64,000 nt of DNA, taken from positions 1-64,000 of the forward strand of contig JAXLNO010000440.1 of the NCBI GenBank assembly GCA_038087875.1, in the 5' to 3' direction. The translations under genes were made by a program, and so were the position numbers. Every line of letters starts with the position of its first letter. Within the stretch, counting starts at the first letter, position 1. This document shows positions 25,456 through 38,957 of this stretch, in pieces. The DNA is from Malacoraja senta (lineage: Eukaryota). The notes beneath the pieces were generated by a model, which was not told the DNA's origin, did not search any database, and saw only the letters and a program-made list of their open reading frames with translations.

Positions 25456-27413
25456 TGGAGGCGTTTGCCTGACCATAGCAGCTGGAACAGTCCGTTGCAG
25501 GGGTGGAAGGTGTCTCCCATGATCTTCTTGGTTCTGGAGTTGAACCTCCTGATGTATAGTTCCTGCAGGGGGGCGAGTGTAGTTCCCATAGTGCGTTCGG
25601 CCGAACGCACTACTCTCTGCAGAGCCTTCTTGTCCTGGGCAGAGCAGTTCCCAAACCAAATCGTGATATTTCCGGACAAGATGCTTTCCACAGCCGCTGA
25701 GTAGAAGCACTGGACGATCCTCAGAGACACTCTGAATTTCCTCAATTGCCTGAGGTGGTAAAGGCGCTGCCTTGCCTTACTCACCAGTGCTGCAGCGTGT
25801 GATGTCCATGTCATATCCTCAGATATGTGGACTCCCAGGTATTGAAAACAGCTCACCCTATCCACAGTGTCCCCATTTATCCTCAATGGTGTGTACGTCC
25901 TCGGATGATGTGCCCTCCTAAAGTCCACGATCAGCTCCTTAGTTTTTTTGCTATTCAAGAAGAGGCTGTTGTCCTGACACCATAGTGCCAGATCAGCCAC
26001 CTCCTCCCGGTAGCCCTTCTCATCGTTATCGGAGATCAGGCCCACCACCACAGTGTCATCAGCAAACTTGATTATAGAGTTGGAGCTGAACCTGGCCACA
26101 CAGTCATGTGTGTACAGGGAGTACAGTAGGGGGCTGAGGACGTAACCCTAGGGGGATCCTGTGCTAAGGATGAGGGACCTTGATGTATTACCTCCCATCT
26201 TGACTACCTGGGGCCTGGCAGTGAGAAAGTCCAGGACCCAGGCACACAGGGGGGTGTTGAGCCCTAATTCCAGCAGCTTCACGGTGGGGACTATCGTGTT
26301 GAAGGCTGAACTGAAGTCTATGAACAGATAGATAGATAGATATATTCCTTTATTGTCATTCAGACCTTTTGGTCTGAACGAAACTTCGTTGCCTGCAGTC
26401 ATACATATAATAAATAACAAAACACACAATAAACACAATTTACATCCACCACGGTGAGTTCACCAGGCACCTCCTCACTGTGATGGAGGCAAAAGTCTTA
26501 AAGTCTCTGTCTCTTCCCTCTCTGTTCTCCCTCTGCACTGAGGCGATCCAGGCTTCTGACGTTGTGACCCCACCGGGCGATGGTAAGTCAGTCCCGCGGC
26601 TGAATCCGTGCTCCGTCCGCGACGGGCCGGTTCAAACTCCGCGGCCCAGGGTGGCCGAAGCTGCCGCCCTCCAGTCCAGCGGACGCAGCTGTAGTTGCGG
26701 GAGCCCTAGAAAAACAGGTCACCCACCTGTGACCTGCGAGCTCCCGACGATGTCATCCACCGGGCCCGCATCCTCACATAGGCCCCCTTCTGGCTGTCAA
26801 GATGAGAGAGCGGTGTGCAGAACATGGGAGACCGCATCGTCTGTGGATCTGTTCGGACGGTATGCGAATTGTAACGGGTCCATGTGAGGGAGGAAGGCGC
26901 AGATGTGTTTCTTGACCAGCTTCTGAAAGCATTTCATGACTACCGTGTTGAGTGCCACCGGATGGTACTCATTCAGACAGGCTGGGGAGGCATTTTTAGG
27001 TACAGGTACAATGATGGATCTTTTGAAACAGGCAGGGACCACGGACTTGTCCAGGGAGAGGTTGAATATTGTAGTGAGCACCGGAGCTAGCTGCGTAGCA
27101 CAGGACTTAAGTACTCGCCCCAAGATGCCATCTGGGCCTACAGCTTTCCCTGTGTTCACCCATGTCAGAGCCCTCCTCACATCGTGCTCGGACATCAAGA
27201 ATGGTGCACATTCCTCCCTTCAGCTTCGTTAGCCAGCACGCTGGCGGTGTTGTCGATAGTCGGCAAACCTGGGGTGATGTTGCCCGACTCGAAACGAGCG
27301 TAGAAGGAGCTCAGGTCATCAGCTAGGGAGGTGCCGGCACTTCCGGTTGAGGGGGTAGTTGGTTACAGTCCGTAGCCCCTGCCACAGGTGTCTGGTGTCC
27401 TGCTGCTCCATCT
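25456..27413 (-). mobile_element. Rex1/Babar LINE RT, decayed, with internal insertion
   Basis: [64 protein letters not shown]. Confidence 0.88.
26327..26767 (-). mobile_element. Short retroposed insertion with AATAAA and (ATCT)n tail, specific to cassette B
   Basis: Interrupts Rex1 at gatgc|tgttc; the paralogous sites at ~42625 and ~60985 are empty. Confidence 0.75.
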
Positions 27414-28695
27414 GATGACCATGACTACCCGACAGTGACAATGTGACACTTTTAGATCCTACAGTATGTTGTCATTAAACAGTTGGTTTTAATATACATA
27501 TTGGATTCATCGCGTAGCGGGTGATGCCTTACCTGGATCGCCGTTTGAAGCTCTGGAGTGTTGGGCCTGCTGCTTCAACATCATGGAGCTGTGGTTTGCA
27601 GAGCTCCCAGCCTCGTGCCGCGCTAATTTCAACATTGCGGAGCCCTGGGGTCCCTTTGCCGAGGGCCGCCAGCGTGAATCTCCACCCAGCTCAGCCTGTG
27701 GACTTCGGGAGCCGTGGTCTCTGGTAGGAAGTGGCCGATTCGGAATTCCAAGCCGCTGAGAATGTTCTCCTGTTCCGATGTCGGTTGGTGACCCCCAAAT
27801 TTCATTGTACCAATGGCCATGGGGGAGGGGGTCCAAGAGGAGAGGGTCCATTGGAGACGGGTAAAGGGATCATCAATGGGGGCGGGGACTCCTTCCCATG
27901 GAACAACGGTGTGGGGCTGAGGCGATGGAAGAAGAGCTCCACATCGTGGCGGGCGCGGAACTCATTGAGGTGGGGACAGAGGATTGGGAAACTTTTATAG
28001 GAAACAGAACGGGCAATACGGGCTGAAAAGATGAAGTAAGAAGGGAAGCTGGCCAGGAATATAAAGAAGGACAGTAAAAGCTTCTTTAGATATGTTAAGG
28101 GAAAGAGAGAGAGAGAGAGAGAGAGAGGGGACAGAGATAGAGAGAGAGAGAGGGGGGGCAGAGAGACAGGGAGAGAGGGACAGAGAGGGGGGGACAGAGA
28201 TTGAGAGGGGGACAGAGAGAGAGAGGGACAGAGAGAGAGAGTGAGCTAGAGAGAGACGGAGACGGGATAGAGAGCGAGTGATTGAGAGAGAGGGACAGAG
28301 AGAGAGGGATAGAGAGAGAGAGGGGGACTGAGAGGGTCAGAGAGGGAGAGAGACAGAGGGGGAGAGAGAGAGAGTGAGATGGGGACAGAGAGAGAGAGGA
28401 AGGGACAGAGAGAGAGGGAGGGGGGCAGAGAAAGAGAGGGGGGACAGAGAGAGAGAGAAAGACAGGGACAGAGAGAGAGAGACAGACCGAGAGAAAGCGA
28501 GAGACAGACAGAGAGAGGGACACAGAGAGAGATGGAGAAGGGGACAGAGAGAGAGAGAGGGGGGGACAGAGAATGAGAGAAGGACAGAGAGGGAGAGAGA
28601 GGAAAAGAGTGAGACCGAAAGAGAGTGAGGGACAGAGAGAGAGAGAGAGGACAGAGAGAATGTGCTGGAGTGACATTTTGGGTCGAGACCCTTTG

Positions 28696-29008
28696 GTTTA
28701 GTTTAGTTTAGAGATGCAGCGCGGAAACAGGTCTTTCGGCCCACGGAGCCCGCGCCGACCAGCGATCACCCCGTACACTAGCACTATCCTACACACATTA
28801 GGGACAATTTAACAATTTTGCGGAGGCCGATTAATCTGCAGCCCTGAACGTCTTTGAAATGTTGGAGGAACCGGAGCACCCGGAGTAAAAACCCACGCAG
28901 GTCAAGGGGAGAACGTACAGACTCCGCACAGACAGCACCCGTAGTCAGGATCGAAACCGGGTCTCTGGCGGTGAGGCTGCAACTGTACCGCTGCGCCACT
29001 GTGCCGCG
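28696..29008 (-). mobile_element. tRNA-derived V-SINE (HE1-like), complete copy; headless paralogs at ~896-1058, ~40728-40886, ~59075-59235
   Basis: A box TGGCGCAGCGG, B box GGTTTCGATCC, central 'ctgcgtgggtttt...ccggttcctcc' V-domain-like sequence and (TAAAC)n tail. Confidence 0.8.
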
Positions 29009-29238
29009 CAGAATTATATAATGGTTTCCTCCACCATAAACGCACCCAATATGTGCTCGTAATGTCCTGTTTACCAGCTTGTTGACCCTTTGTGTTCCCC
29101 TCCTGCAGGGTTTAGGAGCCGTTGCTGTGGACAGAGAGACGGGGACGTGAGCAGCCATTGAGGGCGGCCAGGGTGCCGGTGAACCCCCCCCCCCCCATCT
29201 GCTCGGCGTGCGGCTGAGCTTCGAGGGGCTGCGCTTCG

Positions 29239-30213
29239 ATGGAGGACCACATGACGGGGCACAACAAGGAGAAGCATTATGAGTGCGACGTGTGTGGCAA
29301 GGCCTGGCAGTGCCCGAGCAAGCTGGAGATCCACCGGCGGGTTCACACTGGAGAACGCCCCTTCGACTGCTCGGAGTGCGGCAAGAGCTTCAAGGCGGCG
29401 GCTGTGCTGAAGAACCACCGGCGGGTGCACACGGGCGAGAAGCCCTATGGCTGCTCTACCTGCGACATAAGCTTTGCCCAGTCGTCGGGACTACGGCAGC
29501 ACCGGCGGGTGCACAGCATTGAGCGGCCCTTCACCTGCACTGACTGCGGCAAAGGCTTCAAGTCGTCGCCAGAGCTGAAGCAGCACAGGCGCGTGCACAC
29601 CGGGGAGCGCCCCTACACCTGCAACGACTGCGGCAAGGGCTTCACCTGCTCCGACAAACTGCTGGTGCACCAGCGCACCCACACCGGAGAGCGACCCTAC
29701 ACCTGCGCCCAGTGCGGCAAGGACTTCACCAGCTCTGGCACCCTGCTGGTGCACGAGCGCACCCACACCGGCGAGCGCCCCTACACCTGCACCCAGTGCG
29801 GCAAGGACTTCACCTGCTCCGACAGCCTGCTGAAGCACCAGCGCACCCACACCGGCGAGCGCCCCTACACCTGCTCCCAGTGCGGCAAGGGCTTCACCCG
29901 CTCCGACAGCCTGCTGAAGCACCAGCGCACCCACACCGGTGAGCGCCCCTACACCTGCGCCCAGTGCGGCAAGGGCTTCACTCGCTCCTCCAAGCTGCTG
30001 TCCCACCAGCGGGTGCATGCCGGCGACCATCCCTTCCCCAGCCCGGTGTGTAGAGAGCGAATTGCCATGGCCTCCCAAGCCCTGTCTCACCAGCGCATGC
30101 ACACCAGTGGCCAGCCCTATGACTGCCCGTACTGCGGTGAGGAGTTTGACAGCTCGCGGGGGTTGCGGCAGCACCGGCGGACCCACGCAGGCGAGCAGCT
30201 GCTCCCACTGTGA
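29239..30213 (+). CDS. Tandem C2H2 zinc-finger gene, copy B, uninterrupted 324-aa ORF (10 canonical fingers plus 1 degenerate)
   Basis: Open ORF with TGERPY-linked fingers; acceptor AG at 29107-29108 upstream; no KRAB/SCAN/BTB domain visible in this exon. Confidence 0.92.
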   Translation: MEDHMTGHNKEKHYECDVCGKAWQCPSKLEIHRRVHTGERPFDCSECGKSFKAAAVLKNHRRVHTGEKPYGCSTCDISFAQSSGLRQHRRVHSIERPFTCTDCGKGFKSSPELKQHRRVHTGERPYTCNDCGKGFTCSDKLLVHQRTHTGERPYTCAQCGKDFTSSGTLLVHERTHTGERPYTCTQCGKDFTCSDSLLKHQRTHTGERPYTCSQCGKGFTRSDSLLKHQRTHTGERPYTCAQCGKGFTRSSKLLSHQRVHAGDHPFPSPVCRERIAMASQALSHQRMHTSGQPYDCPYCGEEFDSSRGLRQHRRTHAGEQLLPL

Positions 30214-30717
30214 CAAGAGAGCACGGGGGCTGCGGGAGCACCAGCAGTTACACACCGGAGAGAGACCCTTTGTGTGCGCTGAGTGTGGCAAGGGTTTCAC
30301 CCGCCTTGACCACCTGCTGGAGCACCGACCAGTCCACACCAGCCAGCGCCACTTCATCTGCCTGCTCTGCAGCAAGACCTTTGGCCGCTCCTCCAGCCTG
30401 CTGGCACACCGCCACGTGGATAGATAGGGGCTGTTTAGGTAGACACAAAATGCTGGAAGGCATTGGTAATGTTTCAGGGTCGAGGCCCTTCTTCAGTGTC
30501 GACCTGAAACGTCACCCATTCCTTGTCTCCAGAAATGCTGCCTGACCCGCTGAGTTACAGTGATACAGTGTGGAAACAGGCCCTTCGGCCCAACTTGCCC
30601 ACACCGACCAACAAGTCCCAGCTACACTAGTCCCACCTGCCTGTGTTTGGTCCATATCCCTCCAAACTTGTCCTATCCATGTAACTGTCTAACTGTTTCT
30701 TAAACGTTGGGATAGTC

Positions 30718-33700
30718 GGACTTCCGGTGGCTGCTATGAAGCAGTAAGACAGCTGCACAGAGCTGTGCTCCCGACAAATCGTGTATAAACTCGGTTCCTA
30801 CGCCAGGATCGATTTAAAAACTCTTACCGGGATTGCTGAACCTCGTGGGTACTAATGTCATCAGTCGGTGCCGGTGGAATCGGGATTTAAAACGATTTTA
30901 CTGGTAAAAATCGGATGAAAAAGGGAATAGGTCAGAGAGGACCCAAGAGGACTACAATCAGTCTCCAGCTCCAGCTCCAAAAAGCTCTGGATGAGCTTGA
31001 AACCACTCCTGAATCTACTTTTGAAAGTTTGGAAGAGGAGCTGGAATCTCAACAACCAACAGTCGAAATGGCTGCAAGAGCTGAAACAAAAGAGTTAAAA
31101 GAAAGGGAGAAAGAAATGAAAAGCTGGGAAGAATCGGTAAGAATTAATATTACTAAAGACATTACTAAAGATCTTCAGAAGCAATTTGCTAAAATGAATT
31201 CTACAATGCAGAACAATTTTTCTTCAATGGAGGATAATCTCTCTAAGAAAATTGACACTAGCTGTGGAGAATTAAAGGAACTTTACGTATCCCTGAACCA
31301 GCAGTTCAAAGATTTGGAGTCGAGGTCTGCTAAGGAATTGGAAAGAATGCAGAGAGATTATAACAATAAACATGACTCCCTGCTGAAGCAATTAACAAAG
31401 ACGGAAAAATTGATGGAAGAGATGGAGGGTGAAATGCAGTAGATGGGCCGGGAAATAAGAGTTTTGAAAAAAGAACACGACGCGAATTGGGAGCTGACGA
31501 ATAAACTGAACGAGAAATGTCAAGATTTGGAAGCCAGGTCAAGGAGGCAGAATTTTAGAATAATAGGAGTTAAAGAGGGGGCAGAGCACGGCTCTGAAAC
31601 GGGTGATTTTATCACTAATTTACTTAAAGATGTTTTCAAACTGCCAGAAAAACCAAAGATAGATGTGGCTCATCGTGTTGGTCGCTTCCAAAGAGGAGCG
31701 AATGCTCCACCACGTTAAATTATCGTAAAGTTCTTAGACATTTCGACTTTGGAAAATTTATTAAAGAAGATATCTTATGGAGAAAATCTTACATTCGCTG
31801 ATAATATTGTTAGATTTTACAGAGACTACCCTCGGGAAATACTGGCAAAAAGACGCCAGTTTAAAAGTGCAAGCAGTATCTTACAAGGACATTCTGAAGT
31901 TCGTTACGGCGTTATCTACCCTGCTAAAATGTTAATTACGTACAATGCTAAGCAACATTCATTCACGGATCCGGATTCAGCTTGCAAATATGCCCAGGAG
32001 ATTTTAAATAAAATTCAAGGAAAAGAATAACGAGACACTACGCCGGCTGAACTTGTTTTTTACTTTGTTTAGACGGTTTTCAGACATACTTATTTGGCCA
32101 GAATGTGTTTTTTAATAACAGAGTCCTAACTTTATCTTGAATTGAAAAACTGAGGCTCAACAGATGGATTGTTCAAGGTCGCAGGCTCTGCGCCAAGTTT
32201 TTCAGCCCTGAGTATTATTGACTGTTCTTTTTTGAATTTATAACAGTCTTGTTGGTCTGCCTTTGTCTTAGTACTATATGATCTATTATTTAGATATACA
32301 GCATATAACTAACTAACTAATTAATTATATATACGCAATAAACTCAATTAACCCTAAAGGTTTAATGTATTATACTAACATGACTAACTATATAGTAGGA
32401 AGGATGGGGGAGGTTAGACAGATATTCTAAATAGTAATTACGAATCAACTAACATACAGGCTAATGAAAAGTCTGATTAATGACGATAATAATTCTATTT
32501 TATTTTATTGTAAATCTAGCTTTTCTTCTATTTTATTTTAAATTTTTTGGCTATTAATCGACCTGACATGATAATTTTGGTTATAAGTGGAGGAAACCAA
32601 CTAATGTTGGATGATATTTTACCAGGGGGACAAAGCCCAGTGCATAATTCCATCGACGGAGGTCAATTTAAAACAAATCTTAGCCACCATAGGTGGCTTT
32701 TTTGTAAGATATCGCTTTTTTGATAACTTACATTCACTTTTTTTGTTTATTCACTATTATGCGTTGTATGATTTAACAATCTTTATGAACACTTCATTTT
32801 ATGTTTTTCTTTTTCCCTTAATTATGTTTAATAGTGTCAGGAGATGTAAAACTAGTGCAGAAATTATGAAGGACAACCCTGGACTCGGGATTTCGAGGTA
32901 CTTGGCTGCATCACATGAATTATACATTCTGGTAATAATAGCCAATGCAAGATAATAGTCGAATAAACACCGGAGGTCTCACTTTTTGTAGTTGGAACAT
33001 TAGAGATGCGAATGAGCCAATTAAGAGGGGTAAAATTCTGGCACAATTAAAATCATTAAACATTGATATTGCTTTCCTACAAGAAACGCATTTGAAACAA
33101 CAAACGCAGATCAGATTAAGGGCAAACTGGATAGGTCAAACCTACTACTCCTCATTCACTTCTAAAGCAAGAGGCACGGTCATTATAATTCGGAAAGGTA
33201 TACCTTTTAAATTAAAGAAGTCTATATCTGATAAAGAGGGAAGATACGTTATAGTCATGGGAGAAATTTACAATACACCATTAACTATGATAAATATTTA
33301 TGCGCCTAATTTTGATAATCCCCAATTGTTTAAGAAAATACTAGATATAATTGCAGAGCATAATTATCAAAATATTATAATGGGGGGAGATTTTAATTGT
33401 GTTATAGACCCATACTTAGATAAATCAATAAAGGTAGGGAAGCGTCTAGTTAAAACTAAGACCTGTGAATTTTTAAATACTTATATAAAAAATAATAACA
33501 TAACTGATGTTTGGAGAATAGCAAACCCAATTGGAAGGGAATATTCGTTTTACTCGTCGCCTCATAAAACTTATTCACGAATTGACTATTTCTTAGTGGA
33601 TACAAAATTAATCCCGTATACAATTAAACCATCATATCATTATAGTATTATTTCCGATCATTCACCACTGACTTTTATACTTAAAATCGAGGGAATGCTG

Positions 33701-36700
33701 GGTATAAAACCTTTTTGGAAATTCAACGCACAAATATTAAATAACCCGCAGGGTTATGAGTATATAAAAGAACAAACAAAAATTTTTTTCGAGACAAATG
33801 ATACGCCGGGTATTTCTGTATCGCTATTATGGGAAACCTTTAAGGCATACATTCGCGGTGTTATAATCTCTCATCAAAGTTATCAAAATAAAGAAAATAA
33901 AAGAGAACTTCAGAGGATAGAACAGGAAATAAAATTACTAGAACTGGACAATGCAAGTGACCCAACTATAGATAAACATAATAAGATAACCTTAATGAAA
34001 TATAAACTCAATAGAATATTATCGGGTAGAGTAATAAGACTATTCCAAATTACAAAACAGGCACACTTCGAATTTGGGGATAAGCCACATAAATTATTAG
34101 CGAGGCAACTGAAGCAACAAGAAAAGGAAAATACTATCACTAAAATTAAATCTGATAAGGGTGAGCTTCTAACATTACCAAAGGATATTAATAAAAGGTT
34201 TGCCCAATTTTATCATAATTTATACACAACTAAAATAAATACAGATGATAGTAAAATTACAATTTTTTTAGATATTTGCAACCTCCCTAAATTGGATAGT
34301 TTAGACCAAGAGGAATTAGGAGCACGGATTACTAGTGAAGAAATAAAACAAATAATTAACTCATTGAAAATTGGGAAGACCCCAGGACCAGATGGTTTTA
34401 GTAATGAATTTTATAAACGCTTTCAGGAGTCACTTGTACCAAGATTACTCAACTTATACACGCAGGCTTATACCAAAAATAAACTACCAGAAACTTTAGC
34501 AGAATCAACAATAACGCTTATACCAAAAAAAGATAAAGATTTAGATCAACCGGGTTCTTACAGAGCTATATCACTTTTAATTACGGATCAGAAAATTTTA
34601 GCAAGGATTCTAGCAAGAAGACTGAATAATTATATTAATAAATTGGTAAACCCGGATCAAACGGGATTTATACCCAAAAGACAATCATTTAATAACTTGA
34701 GAAGGCTTTTCAATATAATGTACTCTCACAAAGAGGACATTGAAGATATTTCAGTCGTTACGCTGGATGCAGAGAAGGCATTTGATCAGGTAGAATGGCA
34801 GTATTTATATATGGTACTCGAAAAATTTAATATGGGAGAGAATTTTATTAGATGGGTTAAACTACTTTATGATAAACCTACGGCAAGAATATTAACTAAC
34901 AATATGTTATCTTCAAAATTTTATTTATCAAGGGGTAATAGGCAGGGTTGTGCCTTATCACCATTGCTATTTGCCCTTATGATAGAACCGCTGGCTGAAA
35001 GGATTAGAAATCATCCGAATATTCACCGATATAATACCAAGGACTCAAAGAATAAAATTTCATTATATGCTGATGATATTCTTTTATATATTACTAATAC
35101 ACAAACGAGTATTCCCACCTTACTAACACTAATTGAGGAATTTGGTTCTTTTTCAGGATATAGAATAAAAGCGAAATCATGTCTAAAACCACATGATGCG
35201 AGACACTTATTAAAATTCCCTTTCAAAATTGCAACAGAAAAAATCAAGTATTTAGGTATTCAAATTACGGGAAGACACAAATCATTATTTAGCGCCAATT
35301 TTATGCCACTATTAAATAAATTGAATGTTATGATTAAATTTTGGAAAACGCTCCCACTCTCATTGATAGGTAGAATTAACGCTATAAAAATGACTTTCTT
35401 ACCACAATTAATATATTTGTTTCAAGCGATCCCAATATATATTCCGAAATATTTTTTCAAAAAACTAGATTCTAATATCACTAATTTTATATGGGATTAT
35501 AGAGCACACAGAATTCAACGAAAGCATTTGTGTAAACCTAAAGAAGCTGGGGGTTTATCACTACCTAACTTTACGTATTACTACTGGGCAGTGGATATTA
35601 AGAACATAATGTACTGGTTGGATAGTTCAACTCACCAGTCGGAGTGGATAAGAATGGAAAAAGAGGAGTGTTTCCGGTACGATATAGGAACGATCTTGTT
35701 CTCACCAATAAAATTGAGTAGTATAATATATAAGAAGAACCCAATTATTCACAATACAATAAGAATTTGGAAACAAATAAAATTATCCTTGAAATTAAAT
35801 AATCTATCAGTATTAACCCCAATTCTGAATAATCCTGCATTCAAACCATCTCTTATCGACAAAACATAAACAATGGGATAGATTGGGGATTAGGAAAGTA
35901 GGAGATATGTATGAACTGGGCAAATTGTTATCATTTCAACAATTAAAATTAAAATTTAAACTGAATGATAATCAATATTTTAAATATATACAGATATGTG
36001 ACTTTATGAAGAAATATATACATAGATTTCAAGCTATATTTTTAGACCCTTTAGAAGAAGCAATATTAAGGCTGATTCACAAAAACTAATATCATATTTT
36101 TATAATAGTATATTAAATAGAGAATTACCCTCAACAGAGGCACTAAGAGAAGATTGGGAACATGAACTAATGGTAAAGATCCCGAAAGATAGATGGGAAA
36201 AGTATCTGATGAATACACATAATTGTTCCATTAATGCAAGACATAATTTAATTCAATTTAAATTATTACATGGACTATATTATTCAAAAACGAGGTTGAA
36301 TAAATTTTACCCAAATGTCTCTCCCAGATGCGATAAATGTTTGTTTTAAAATGCCAATATAACACATTCATTTGTAGGATGTACAAAGTTGAATACATTT
36401 TGGAGCGATATATTTGATATATTTACAAAGCTCTTCAAGTCAAGAATAGAACCTAATATGGAATGGATTATATTTGGAATAATATTAGAAGATATCAATT
36501 TAAACAAAGACCAAAATGTATTCTTTAATTATGGGTTAATAATTGGAAAGAAATTGATACATTTTGGAAAAATACAGCTATACCAACTATTAAAATGTGG
36601 ATTAGGAATATGACGGACATAGCACACCTTGAAGAAATGAGACTCCGCCTAATAGATAAATATGACCAATTCTTAAGGAGTTGGTCCCCTTTCATCGACT

Positions 36701-37107
36701 TTTTGGAATCATGTGATGCAGCAGTACCGTAAAGATCACTGATTTCAGGTCAGGTCGTGGATAGATTTACATCTCCAAACAATGATTTGAAAATTTCTTT
36801 TTTAAGGGTCTTTTTCTACTATTTCTACTTTCTATTTTTTCTTTTCTTATATACACACTTCACGTTTTTCTATTTTCTACTATTTATTTTTCCTCTTTCT
36901 TTTCTCTATTTTTTTATTTTTATTTTTTTATTTTTTACCTCCTTTTCAAAAACATAAAACTAGAGGTTGTACATAGAATGCATTACGTTATGACATAGTT
37001 GGCACCTAAAATTAGGTGCCACTGTTTTGTATTGTATTAACTTCTAATAAAATAAACACACAAAAAAACAAAAAAACAAAATAATAATAATAAAAATTTT
37101 AAAAAAG
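30718..37107 (+). mobile_element. Full-length but decayed L1-clade LINE
   Basis: 5' GGACTTCCGG; ORF1 30915-32030 broken by stops (DLEARSRRQN); ORF2 from 32945 (EN, YADD) with a stop at 35867 and later lesions; AATAAA and A-rich tail ~37046-37107; no TSD found. Confidence 0.92.
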
Positions 37108-38957
37108 CGTAAAGATGTTCCTTCCACAGCGTGCGGGGAGTCTGGCCCGGATCAGCACGGCCGAGACACCAGAGTGAAGTTGCGGGGAGGTTTACAATGT
37201 TTTTTTATTTAATGTTGTCCCTTGTCTAGTCTGAAATAAAGTTCATCATTGGATATAAAAATTGGAAGAAATGTAAATGTGTGTGTTATATGATTATATG
37301 CATCTATATCACATTCATATATGTGTGTTCTTTCCAGCACAATCTAATCAGTTGTATGCTCGCTGAATAAAACCATCCTTAAGTTATACATCATTTGTAA
37401 ATCTTGCTCAAAACAAATTTAATTTTGTGAAATACTTAAATTAGATAACCCCACCATAACAGACAGATCTCATTCCACTCTCTGGCTATTGGGAAGACCA
37501 GACCCATTTTATTGTTGAGAAACAACTCCATAGACACAAAAACATTAAGGAACATTCCAGGGCTAGAGCAAATGGAATCTTCATATTGCTATTATTTTGC
37601 CAAATACTGCAGTTGTGAACAGTGTGATTAGATGAATGAATTACAGAGTGCAAGTGTCATACAAAATCAACTCAAACACAGCACATGAGCCATTTTAAAA
37701 GAAATGATTAAAAAAACATTAAACAAGAAAATTGCCAGAGTCAAAATATATAAACATTTAATTCTTTAACAAGAATTAACAGAATTATGAACTAACAGAA
37801 TTATGAATCTAACCCTATATCACACACACAAACTGTTCCCCCACAACGTTGATTACACTGCGAGTCGGGTCGGGTAGGTTCCGGTTACTGAAATGGACGA
37901 ACAAAATGCCCACGTTCCGCTCCGTACTACACGTCAGCCCATTGCATTTCGCAGGAGTGGACTATCTATAGGATCTTTGGTAGGTATTACCTGAATTTGG
38001 AGAGGTCAATGTTCATACCGCTGGGTTGCAAACTGCCCAAGCGAAATATGAGGTGCTGCTCCTCCAATTTACGGTGGGCCTCACTCTGGCCATGGAGGAG
38101 GCCCAGGACAGAAAGGTAGGATTCAGAATGGGAGGGGGAGTTGAAGTGTTGAGCCACCGGGAGATCAGGTTGGTTATTGCGAACCAAGCGGAGGTGTTTG
38201 GTGTGAGTGTGTGTGTGTGAGAGTGAGTGTGTGTGACAGAAAGTGTGTGTGCGAGAGAGCAAGAGAGAGAGGGTGTGTGTGTGCGTGTGACAGAGGGAGA
38301 GAGAGAGGGAGTGTGTGAGAGAGACGGAGCGAGAGAGGAGGGGGCACGATAGGGTGGAGTGCAGAGAATTTGTGTACGAGTAGGGGGAAAGTGTGGGGAG
38401 AGGGGAGAGAGAGGAATGTATATGTGCAGCTTTAAGGGACATTGGTCAGGTAGCATTTGCAGTATTGCATACAGTTCTGGTCACTCCATTACAGGACTGA
38501 TGTGGAGGCTTTGGGGAAGGTGCAGAGATGGTTAACCAGAATGGAATAAAAACAAGGCACTGCAGATACTGGTTTATAAAAAGGACACAAAATGCTGGAG
38601 TAACTCAGCGGGACATGCAGCATCTCTGGAGAGAATGGGTGATTGAAGAAATGACCCGAAACGTTACCCATTCCTTCCAGCATTTTGTGTCTACCTAAAC
38701 AGCGCCTATCCACGTGACAGGCTGGAGGAGCGGGCAAAGGCTCTGCCCGATGTGGACTCGCCGGTGCTCCAGCAGGTGGTCAAGGCGGGTGAAGCCCTTA
38801 CCACAGAACGGGCAGGGGAAGGGACGCTCACCGCTGTGGGTACGCCGGTGCTGCCACAGGCCGGACATGCAGGTGAAACCCTTGCCACACTCAGAGCACA
38901 CAAAAGGTCTCTCCGGTGTGTAACCGCTGGTGCTCCCGCAGCCCCCATGCTCTCTTG

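Larger units (their letters stand above)
24965..30480 (+). repeat. Segmental duplication cassette B
   Basis: Identical CR1/CR1/Rex1/Penelope/CR1/GA/SINE/ZNF junctions as C and D. Confidence 0.9.

Noticed and set aside
28930..29008. tRNA gene
   Set aside because: The A and B boxes belong to a SINE head followed by SINE body and tail; no cloverleaf evident.
29239..30213. Assignment as PRDM9 or a named KRAB-ZNF
   Set aside because: No SET, KRAB or SSXRD exon recognised in the window; fingers alone do not support a symbol.
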